From Lama glama (taxonomy: Eukaryota), in contig CM052818.1 in NCBI GenBank assembly GCA_028534125.1, positions 6,326,001 to 6,390,000 of the forward strand: DNA of 64,000 nucleotides, read 5' to 3'. The notes under the pieces were generated by a model. That model was not told where the DNA came from and searched no databases. It was given only the letters and a program-made list of their open reading frames with translations. A program made the translations under genes and the position numbers. Of this stretch, positions 12,651 to 23,120 are shown piece by piece. The stretch's first letter is position 1. Every line of letters starts with the position of its first letter.

Positions 12651-13190
12651 AACACCCAGAAGACGTTTCATAATTTCATTTTGTGGGTGCCTAAGTTAGG
12701 AACACTCTGCTCACCAAGCCAGATTTATTAAGTAACAATTACCTCATTTGGCCATTTTTTTAAAGTAATCATAGATTTATGTAACTCCCAATCTGAGCTG
12801 CTCTTCAGAGCGAAGCAACCCAGGGCCAGGACCAAGCTGCTACAACGTCTCCTAGAGGAAAAAAAAACAAAAGATGCTTATGAGCGTAAGCAATTTATCT
12901 TAGGTGGTTTGGTTTTTTACTTATTTATTTATTTATTTAAGAAATTTGAAATACTAAAATGCAGGAAACATTTCATCACCATTGAGAGCCTGGGGATATT
13001 TGCGAGAGGATAACAAACTTTCCTAGGGCAGCAGGTTAAAAGGGAGGGGGAGCTAAAGGGCAGGATTCCATTATAGCACTACAATTGTTAGGAATTTTAT
13101 TCTGTCAATAAGTATGCATGAACCCTTAGGCAAATCAAGCTATCATCTCTTACATTCCCATTTGTAAAATGAGAGAGACTAAGTTTAAGG

Positions 13191-13412
13191 CAGGGTTTCT
13201 CAGCGTTGACACTATCAACATCTCCGGCAGGACACCTCTCTTTTAGGAGCCATCCTGGGCACTGTAGGATGTGTAGCAGCTTCCCTGGCCTCCACCCACT
13301 AGATACCAATAGCACACACTCCCTCCTGCCCCTGTTGTGAGAGTCATAAATGTCTCCAGACATTGCCAGATGTCCCCTGAGGGACAAAATCAGCCATGAT
13401 TTAGAACCACTG
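13191..13412. mobile_element. MER20 (hAT-Charlie), full length
   Basis: Ends cagggtttctca...tagaaccactg; internal 'cactgtaggatgtgtagcagcttccctggcctccacccactagat', 'aaatgtctccagacattgccagatgtcccctg'; degenerate 8-bp TSD gtttaagg (13183-13190) / gtctaggg (13413-13420). Inserted in a MIR-family remnant. Confidence 0.9.
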
Positions 13413-13552
13413 GTCTAGGGTTACTCTGAAGGTCTCTTTATTTTCAAAAATTCACAAAGTATGTGGGAGAAGCTGGGAGGATGAACTCGACACATCAGGG
13501 AGCATGCATATAAAAAGCCAAAGATGAGAAGGTGTAGAATTATCCTGTAAAG

Positions 13553-13705
13553 CAGAGGTTCCCAAGCTTGACCAAACATGAGAATCACCTGAGAGGCTTT
13601 TCAAATGCCCAGTCTCAAGGTCAAACCCCTGACCAATTAAATTAGAACTCTAGGGGCTGAACAGAGTTCGGGTGATTCCTGTGTGGAGAAGTTTGAAGAC
13701 CAGTG
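13553..13705. mobile_element. MER5A1-like DNA transposon
   Basis: Ends cagaggttcccaagctt...aagtttgaagaccagtg; 'agaatcacctgagaggctttt', 'gaccaattaaattagaactct'. Confidence 0.7.
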
Positions 13706-14446
13706 GAAGAGAGACAGAAATAGCAGTAAATCTGTTCATCATTTTTCATGATGCTGATAAAACTTTATTTTGATCAGCAAGAAAACCAAAAATCCAGTCT
13801 AAGCTGGCATTTTTGCAAAACACTGGGAAACAAACCATCTTAAATAAGGACAATCTCTAGCCTTTCACTTTCAATGAAATCTATATCCACTTCCTGAAGA
13901 AATACATGGGCATCCAGAGACCTAAACAAAATCAAAAAACCCAGTGTCTCTGAAGGAGTTTCAGCCATTCATCCCTTTAATCCTCTGCTCCCTGCAGTTA
14001 GGAACCTGAGACCATGTCAGCCATTCTCTCCAAACCATAAGTGTCAGTTGCATTAATCCTGTTCAACAGAAATTATCTGTTAAAGTTTATCAAGTAAATG
14101 ACAATCACATCAAAAGAAAATGTGTGCACTCTCTGGAAAAAGAAGATACATCCTGTACTCATTTCTGTGTGAAATCAGTCTGTGTGGCAGGAGGTGGAAG
14201 AGACCTAGAGACCCAACCAATGAGGCAAAGCCACTACTAACCGGGTTTAACATGAATGTGACAGAAGCAATTCGAAGGGACCACTGTAAAGTGATTAAAG
14301 AATCCTCAACCATTTCCTGGGGATTCTGTGCTGATTAACTTGGTACTCTGCAAAGTGCTCCCAGTTACCTAAGGAGAACAGGAAGGATTCAATCCTATTT
14401 ACTGTAATTTTTGTTACACTATTACAAAAATATAGCAGTGGCAGCC

Positions 14447-14702
14447 AAAATGTATTGAATACTTGCTCTGTGCCAGGCACTGTGCTAAGCGTTTCATATG
14501 AGTTATTTCATTTAATCCTCACAACAACCTAAATGGATTGGTACTATTACTAATAATTATTATTATCCCTATTTTATAATTGAGGAAACTGAGGCTTAGA
14601 GAGGCTAAGTGACTTGCCCAAGTACATGCTTCCAGCAGCCACGGGAATGGGAATCAAAACCCAGGCAGTCTGACTACAGAGCCTAAATTCTTGAGCATCA
14701 CG
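14447..14702 (-). mobile_element. MIR SINE, near full length
   Basis: 'tgtgccaggcactgtgctaagc...catttaatcctcacaacaacc...tgaggaaactgaggcttagagaggctaagtgacttgcccaag...cccaggcagtctgactacagagcc'. Confidence 0.9.
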
Positions 14703-14855
14703 TAACATGGCCTCATGAGTCTTCTATTCATTTGTCAGACCATGAAACTAATGCCTTTGCACAGCAGTCTTTCAATCACAGATTTCAAAACACTTTTAGA
14801 GCATAGAGTATATGGGCTAATGCCTAAATAGGATCCAAGTGGAGACATTCTATGC

Positions 14856-15046
14856 CCGTGTTCTTCAGCATGGTTTCAGACCACCTGAACAGAATCACCT
14901 GAGGGAGCTTGTTTAAATGCAGAGTATTGGGCCTCATCTCACACCTACTATATCGGAATTTGAGGTGTGAAGAAACCAGGGTGGGAATCTGCATTGTGAA
15001 CCAGCTCCCCAGGTGAAGTTTTGCTCATCGAAACCTAAAAACCATT
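14856..15046. mobile_element. MER5-family DNA transposon
   Basis: 'cagaatcacctgagggagcttgtttaaatgcaga', 'ggaatctgcattgtgaaccagctccccaggtga'. Confidence 0.7.
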
Positions 15047-16190
15047 CCCCTAGGACTCACACACCTCTGCATTTGAAAAGCACAGCCACGTGCCTGTAAA
15101 ACTTGAAGAAAGAGTATTTATCTCTTCAGAATAAAACAAGAAGCTGCAAAGATCAATTTTAAGATCCAGAAGACTCCCACTAAGGCAGCACCCTTAAAGA
15201 TCCCTGGATGTATTTAAACATATTCAATTTAAGATGTAAACTCACTTATCCAAATACATCACATTTTGCACTGAAAATCTGCCTTCCTCTGGAGACCAGA
15301 AATCTGCTTTATTAATATCACTTAAGCTGTTAGTCAAAGCCTTCAAAACACACGAGCACACGTACACACACACACACACACATTCCTACACGAATATGAG
15401 TAAACACCATGTAACCAGAAAATGAAATTGCTCTCAAATAACCATTATGACTTTTCTTATATGCTCACATTACAATAAAATTCAGAGTGAGAGCTATCAG
15501 TGGAGATGGAAATTACAGACCATGCGTTCCTCTGCAAGATATGAGCCCTTAAGGGCTGTGATGGCATCTTATTCCTCCCCATATCTCCAGTTTCAAGCAC
15601 ATAGTAGGCAATTAATCCAGTTTTATGTTAAGAAAAAAGAAAGGAAGAAAAGAAACTTCAAAGGAATCAGTGAGCAAATCAATTCCCCAATGAGAAGAAG
15701 CCTCACAGGTCATCCCCTCCCCAGTGCAGCCTTTGGACAGGACTGCTCTCTGAATACAAGTGAACATGGAAGACTTTTCTTTAACCAGCTAACTTCTCCT
15801 AGTAACACTTCTTCAAATCTTGAAGTCATGCCTCTTTGCAACAGAAGATAATCCCTCCCAACTTCTTTAGCATACACAGACAACCCGAAGTAAATCTCCA
15901 AATGAAAAATGAAAACCAGAATAAAACATGTTGAAGAAGGAAGAGAGAGAGAAGACAGATTACAGTTTAAAAAAAAAAACAAAAAAACAATAACAGTATA
16001 CAACACACCAGGGGTTGGGAAATATCAAATTTTCATTTTACAGCAAAGACTGTGTTTGCGTTGGTTCATTCTGCTATTCATGAGTTTCATATTCTTCCTC
16101 ATATTAAAACATATTTATGCTGCTGCTTCATTCCCTCCAGTCCCTGTGCAACATGAATATTCACATAGCCCCTATAGGCTGCAAATGTGT

Positions 16191-16224
16191 ACACACACAC
16201 ACACACACAGACACACACACACAC
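16191..16224. repeat. (CA)n microsatellite with one interruption
   Basis: acacacacacacacacacag acacacacacacac seen directly. Confidence 0.95.
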
Positions 16225-16962
16225 CCCTACGTCACACGAAAATGTCAGCCTCTCGATCCCCTGGAACTCACATGGTTAAATAATTTCCAAGCAGCTCCAA
16301 AACAAATGCCAGGGATGATACTACTCAAACAGCATCAGGAGAACCTATGTGTGGGGTTGGTTTCCAGCCACTGGAATAATTCTGAATTAATGTATTCAGA
16401 ACATCTTTTTCAGACTTCCACACAGTCACATCAAATCACGAACATTCCGACCTTAAAGAAACCCTAGAATCATCTGTTTCCAAATTCCTCATTTTACACA
16501 CAAGGAGATCAAGCTCAAAGTGAATCTGCTTGCCCATAATCAGATGATAAGTTGGTGCCTGAACATCCAATCTCAGTATCTCTCTGCTATGCCATATTGG
16601 GACCAATATTTTGCACTTAATAGATAGCTAGCTGGCAGTTTAACAAGAAAATTCATCCAGAGTCCTCATGGTAATGACTGCAAGATCTGAATTCAATTTC
16701 TATAAATAATTGCCAATTTTTGTTACAGTTCCTGAAGAATGCTAGACTCCAATAATCAATATTATAATAAATGAGTTCTAGCTCTTCTTTTTTGTTAACC
16801 TCTTTTTTTAAGTGCTAGTGGCTAATGGGAATAAAATATTAAAAAGGTAAGAGACTTCAAGGCTCAGAAAATCAACAAATTAGATATTCCCATTGGCCAT
16901 ATGCTTTCACTTCATAACCCCAACCCTGCCAGTATTTGAAGAGGCGATGCCGTCTAAAAACA

Positions 16963-17110
16963 CAGTGCTTCTCAAACTTTCATGGCGCATGAATCAGACA
17001 AAATGCAGATTATGATTCAATAGATCGGGGGAACCGAGATTCTGCATTTCCAACAAGCTCCCAGGTGAGGCTAATGCTCCTGGTCACAGGATCGCACCCT
17101 GTTGTAGCAT
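16963..17110. mobile_element. MER5A
   Basis: 'cagtgcttctcaaacttt...aaaatgcagattatgattcaatag...gagattctgcatttccaacaagctcccaggtga'. Confidence 0.8.
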
Positions 17111-19299
17111 CCACAGTGATCCAGGTGTTAACGCCATGCGAAGCAAACCAGATGGCAAAGCATAAAAGACCAGTGAGCAGGCCCTGAAAGCAATGCTTAT
17201 AATGACAGTGGAAGAGCTGGCCAACAAAATTAGTTACCAGCTACTAATATAATGTCCTCTGGACCTTAATTAAGTCTACCTTATCTAGATGTCCACGTCA
17301 GAAAAGCCCACTATGCCATCATTCATTCACTCGACGGCAATAAGTTATACTTATTCTGGAGATTCATCTCCCAGAGATCAGTCTGGAAGCGTAAAAGGCA
17401 GCAAAGATTCTAAATCTCAGCATTAATACTCAGGAGCAGGGAATAAATGAAACCAAAGCACTTTCAGTTGCTTATAAATAACTTCAATGCCAAGAACAGG
17501 GAAACGGAAAGCTCTTTAACCACTCAGACGGGGGAGCGCATCGCTGAGTCCAGCCCTATTCCTAGTTTACTGAACAAGCCAAACCATCATGTCTAACAAC
17601 TTTGCTTAGAAAATAGGTTTTGTGCCAGATGGACATTTATTTCAGAAAATCAAATGGGCAACTTAATTTCAACCTTTCTGATTAAGTAGATCCTCATTGT
17701 TCTATGAACATGCTTCCAACCTTTCCCCCAGGGAACTGAGTGGTAACATGGAGAGCATGACCATTTATTTGGCTTAAGGAACACATTAATTTATCTGGTT
17801 TATAGAATTTAAACATCTGACGAATGACAGTGGGGTTGATTTTATTCATCAGCTAATTGCTTTGCCACCTGGAGCTGAAGCTTTATATATGCAGCTTATA
17901 AAAGATCTGAAAAGGATCTCAATTATTCTTTAATTTGTTCCTTGAATATAAAGTAGGAAAATCTGGCTTAATCAAACATTGTCTCAATTCTGCTGGGATA
18001 TGTCTAGTTACCTTATAACAAGGTAAGCTTTCATTTAATCATATGATATGATAATTCCCCACTTTCAAGCCAAGTATCCTCTTAGTTACAATCAATTTTC
18101 CACTGAAAAAATAAACATTGTCTCTTTACTGAAATCCCAGTAGAGAAAAATAGCCCTTTTTAATGAAACTTGCTGCTAATACAACCACACTAGGAATTTC
18201 TGTGTGAGAATCCATTAAACCTCCTAATTTGACATTGCTGGTAAATTGCAGCATAAAGCGAGTTCCATGAACAATTCTCTATGCACATGGCCATTCTTGG
18301 CACACATGGAAGGGATGGATAATGAGCGTGCACACACGCACACACACATGCAGCATTACTGGAATCTATTAAATCTCACTTAATAAATGTTTTAATCAAG
18401 TTGAATTCTACAATTTATCTGAGGGAGAAAAAAAAGAAGAGAAACTAGCAGTCATGCAATTTCTTTAATTGCACCAAGTGAATCTGAAATGCCAGCGTGT
18501 GCTAGAAGGCTGCTAGAAATCCCAAGACATAAAAGCGGTAACTGGCAGGCAACTGGGACACCTCTTGAAATGTAGCCTTGCAACAAGCTGAAAGTTAAAA
18601 CTGTAATGCCATTATTTTAATGATCTAGAATACCATGGATTTAAAGCCAAGTATTCTGTCCCTATTATACCAAGTTTACCTTCCTCATCTCTTAAATGCC
18701 ACACAGCTGCCAAGATGGGCTAAGTCACAGAGAACTTAGGGACATGGCATTACACAGGCTTCCTGGAGGAAAGCAGGTCATCGACTAGCACCCCATCTAA
18801 GAAGAAAAGGGGGCATCTGGGGCTTAAGGCAGGTGATTGGCAAGGGTACAGGCAGACAGGTGGCAACAGACACACTGTCACTGGGAGCAGGGACTTGAGT
18901 TCAAAGGCAGGGCAGGTCCCCTGTTCCCTGAAAGCAAAGGAGAACTCAAATCGCCCTGGAACCCTTATGTGTGATGAGACAAGGAACCAAAACAAAACTC
19001 AGGCAAGGGGGAGATGCCAGAAATAGACCAGGACCCATACAAGGGATCTGACCACAAACAATAATGCAAGAGACTAGGGACTGGCACAGGGATAAAAGTT
19101 AAGACTAAAACCAGCCCCCTTTCATCATCTTCCAAAGCACCTAGAACTGGGCCTTCCTTGGAAGTAGTTTACTGCAAAAATAACAAAGTGTAGTCCAATA
19201 AAACCTTGAATCTTAGGACTGGAAGAGATCCTAAGTAATAACTAATCTACTGTACACATGGATAACATGAGTCCTCCAGATGTCTGGAGGTTAGTCTAA

Positions 19300-19515
19300 C
19301 TTAGGAGTATGAGCTTGGACTCTCAAGTCAAAACCTTAACCCTATAACTCACTAGGTGTGTTGCTTTAGGAAGCCTTTGTGCCTCTGTAAAAAGAGGGAA
19401 TAATAAACTTGTTTCACAGGTTGTTGTGAAAATTAAATAAGCCATAGACAGCAATTAAAATAGTGTCTGGGATCTGTAGCAACTCAATAAATGATGCCTC
19501 TATTTTATTATTATT
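19300..19515 (+). mobile_element. MIR SINE
   Basis: 'actcactaggtgtgttgctttagg...ctgtaaaa...cacaggttgttgtgaaaattaaat...actcaataaatg'. Confidence 0.65.
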
Positions 19516-19529
19516 ATCATCCTTATCAC

Positions 19530-19644
19530 TGTTATGAACTGAATGTTGTCCCATTCATCCCAAATTTGCATGCTGAAACCCTAACTTTCAATGGGACTGT
19601 AACTGGTGATAGGGCCTTTAAAGAGGTCATTAAGGGTAAATGAT
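19530..19644 (+). mobile_element. MLT1A/B-like LTR, 5' part only
   Basis: 'tgttatgaactgaatgttgtccc...tgctgaaaccctaact...ggtgatagggcctttaaagaggtcattaagggtaaatga' is the start of an MLT1 LTR; interrupted by an L1. Confidence 0.75.
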
Positions 19645-20095
19645 GAAAACAATATGGAAGTTCCTCAAAAAATTAAAAATAGAGCTACCATATGATCCTG
19701 CAATCCCTCTTCTGGTCATATATCTGAAGGAAATAAAACCAGCGTCTTGAAGAGATATATACTCCCCCATGTTCATGGCGGCACTACTCACAATAGTCAT
19801 GGACATGGAAACAGCCTATCTGTCCATGAGTGGATGAATAGGTGAAGAAAATGTGGTATGAATATGCAACGGGATATTAATCAGCCATGAAAAAGAAGGA
19901 ATTTCTGACTTTTGTGGCCATAACATGGTAGGACCCTGTGGGCATCATACTAAGTGAAATAACTTAGACAGAGAAAGACAAATATTGCACATTCTCACTC
20001 ATATATGGGATCTAAAAAAGCCAAACTCAAAAAAATGGAGAGTAGAATGGTGGGACTCTCCAGAGGCTGGGGGGTGGGACAAATAGGGAGATGTG
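19645..20095 (+). mobile_element. L1 (L1MA-type) ORF2 end / 3'UTR, 3'-truncated
   Basis: 'gaaaacaatatggaagttcctcaaaaaattaaaaatagagctaccatatgatcctgcaatccc...gaagaaaatgtggta...ctaagtgaaataa'. Confidence 0.85.
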
Positions 20096-20404
20096 CGGTG
20101 CTTCAGGTGGGGCAGAAAGGCAAGACAACTGTGGTGACCACTGAGGTGAGCTGAAGTCTGGTTATGGATCAAGGTCCACTCAGGCTCCTTGGCATGTTCC
20201 TGTCCTGGGGAGGAGATGCCATCTGTGTGTAGGATCCAGCCCGTGACCTGGGGCCCTCGGCTTCAGGATTCCCCCATACAGCTGCAGGGCATGTTTGTTC
20301 CACAAGCAGTTCTGCCTCATTTGCAAAATGGATGGACTCAGTCTTCAAGGTTTCCAACAACATTCATTGAAAAGTGGGAGGTACAAGCCATTAAAAATCC
20401 ACCA

Positions 20405-21800
20405 GAGATCAACAAATGATGTTGGTACAACTACATAGCCAGAGCTGGACTCTTCCCTCACACCGTCTACAAAAACTGACTCTAAATGAATCAAAGACCA
20501 AAATGTAAGCACTAAAACTATAAAAGTCTTAGAAGAAAACACAGGATAAATCTTCATAACCTCAGATTTGCCAATAAATCTTAGATGTGACATTGAAAGT
20601 ATGAGTAACAGAAGGAAAAATAGATAAATTAAACTTCATAAAAATTAAAAGTTTTTTTGTGCATCAAAGGATACTATCAAGAAAGTGAAAAGATAGGAGG
20701 GTATAGCTCAGTGGTAGAGTGCATGCCTAGCATGTACAAGGTCCTAGGTTCAATCTCCAGTGTCTCCAATAAAAAATAAATAAACCTAATTACCCTTCAA
20801 AAAATTAAAAACAATAAATAAATGTTTTTTAGAAAATAAAGTCAAAAGATAATTCTCAGAATGGAAGAAAATATTTGCAAATCACATATCTATAGAGGAT
20901 TAAATCTAGAACATATAAAGAACACTTACAACTCAATAACCAAAGAAAAACCCAATTTAAAAATTGTCAAAGTATCTGAACAGCCATTTTGCCAAAGAAG
21001 CTGTGCAAATGGCCAATAAGCACATGGAAAGATGATCAACATCATTAATCACCAAAAAAATGCAAATCACTATCACAGTGAGATATCACTTCACACCTAC
21101 TAATATGGTTACATCGAAAAGTATCGACAATAATAAGTATTGACAAGGATGTGGAAACTTCGGAAGCCTCATACACTGCTGGAGGGAGTATACAATATGC
21201 ACTTTCTAAAACAGTCTGTCAGTTCTTCAAATGATTAAGCATATAGTTGCCATACGACTTAGCAACTCCACTCGTAGGTATCCACCCAAGAAAAATGAAA
21301 ATATATGTCCATACAAAAACTTGTACATGAATGTTTATACAGTAATATTTAAAATAACCAAAAGGTGGAAACAATTCAAATGTACATTAACTGATGACTA
21401 GGTAAACACAGTGTGGGATACCCATACAGTGCAATATTAAATAAAGCTAAATATTTAATGAAATATAAAAAGGACTGAAATACTGACATATGATACAAGA
21501 CGGATGAGCCTTAAAAACATTGTGGGAATTAAAGAAGCTGATGACAACAAGACCAGATACTACATGATTCCATCTGTATGAGATATCCAGAATAAGCAAA
21601 TCTACAGGGACAAAAAATTGATTAGTGGTTGCCTAGAGCTGAGGGCGTGAGGAGTAAGGTATGGGGTTTCTTTGAGGGGGGAGGTAAAATGTTCTCAAAT
21701 TGACTGTGATGATTGCTGCATAACTGTGAATAAAGTGGATTGTACACTATAAATGGGAGAATTGCATGGTATGTGAATTTTATCTCAAGCTGTGCCAAAA
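20405..21800 (+). mobile_element. L1 (L1MB-type) ORF2 C-terminus and 3'UTR
   Basis: 'aaaactataaaagtcttagaagaaaacacagg', 'aaaatatttgcaaatcacatatct', 'caaatggccaataagcacatggaaagatg', ending 'ggtatgtgaattttatctcaa'. Interrupted by a SINE. Confidence 0.9.
20696..20837 (+). mobile_element. tRNA-derived SINE resembling the camelid family (Vic-1-like)
   Basis: Pol III A box TAGCTCAGTGG (20704-20714), B box GGTTCAATCTC (20747-20757), A-rich tail with 'aaataaacctaattacc'; 14-bp TSD aaagtgaaaagata (20682-20695) / aaagtcaaaagata (20838-20851). Confidence 0.85.
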
Positions 21801-23120
21801 AATTCATCAGTCCTTCGCTGTTCGGATCCCTTTTCCCAGTCTTAAACATTCCATACTTTGTACTTATTCCCCCAGGAGGTCCATTTGTGACGCATACGTG
21901 TGCCTCTGTATGGGCTTCCAGGTCAAGTTCACATTTGCAGTCTTGGGCCTTTGGTCTTTCAAATTCCCTGTAGAGCCAACAGTTCATTCCTCACTAAGGA
22001 ACAGTTTCTTATTCAGAATTCTATCATCTTTTCCAAGATAGCTATTTGATATCTTAATTATAGATAACAAGTCTGTTTCTAATAATGCCAGGATTAAAAG
22101 GGTTGAAGAGATCAAACTTCTATCCTCAAATCTTTTACTCCAGCAGACAATGTCTCAGCTGCAGGTGAAATGCACATTGCACAAAGAACATACAATATTT
22201 TCTGTTTCCCTATTTTCAGATACTAACCGTTCTGATACCTGCTAATAGATTCACTTTATTAGGATTAAAAAGTAAATTGCTGGAGTAGAGGACATCTAAA
22301 TAGCCAGTAAGAAAACAGAAAATTAGCTTCCAGCCTATGCTTATAATGAACGATTTCCACACTCTCTAGTGGTCAACCGTTTCTAAATACTACCCCTGTT
22401 CAAAATTAGCTGTTTTTACTGAGCTTCCAAACTCAGTTACTGACTGAATTTTTGTGCCAAGGGCATCTGCTCCTTAGCAGTAAACCAGATCGTTGTGGTA
22501 CCATAAAATATCCCCTTGAATACTTAGTGCAGTTAAGTAATTCGGCCTCCCTTTGTCAGGCAGAAAAAGGGGATCAAACTAAAGCAAAAAACTGAGACGA
22601 TTGAACAAGGATCTTGGCTTTTGCTATCTCTTTCTTTCCTCCCATCTCTCCCAAACATCTCCTTGCTTCACCCCAAAAATATAGCTTCCCTGGAAAAACA
22701 ATAGAGTGATTTTTCTTTAAAATGAAAAAAAAAAAGAAGACTAGAAACAAACGTGCCATCTGTTAACAATGGGTAATTCTGGATACTGAGAATGTGCATA
22801 GACTTTGATTTTCTTCTTTCTCCTTTTTGGTATTTTTTAATTATTCAAAAAATAATTTTTTTGATAAATAAAATTTAAAACATATCCCATGTCTTTCAAA
22901 GCCCTTTTTCCATAACCCCAACCCAGAAACTATTTCAATATAATATCCTGACAGGCTCTGATCCCAAAAATAAATGGAAAATACTGAAATTTTTCTTTGG
23001 AAACTTTTTTTGCCCCCTTTTCAGTGTTCTCTCTCCACCATTCCAGTTCTGCCCTCCAGCCAAAAATCTACACTCTTCTGTCTGAGACTTAGAAGTCGCC
23101 CCTTTGAGAATTACTGGCAT

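Noticed and set aside
11848..12671. ORFs over the CpG-rich element
   Set aside because: G/P/R/A-rich translations expected from GC-rich, stop-poor DNA; no recognisable protein.
20696..20770. tRNA gene
   Set aside because: Has A and B boxes, but is followed by an A-rich tail, flanked by a TSD and has a second dispersed copy: a SINE.
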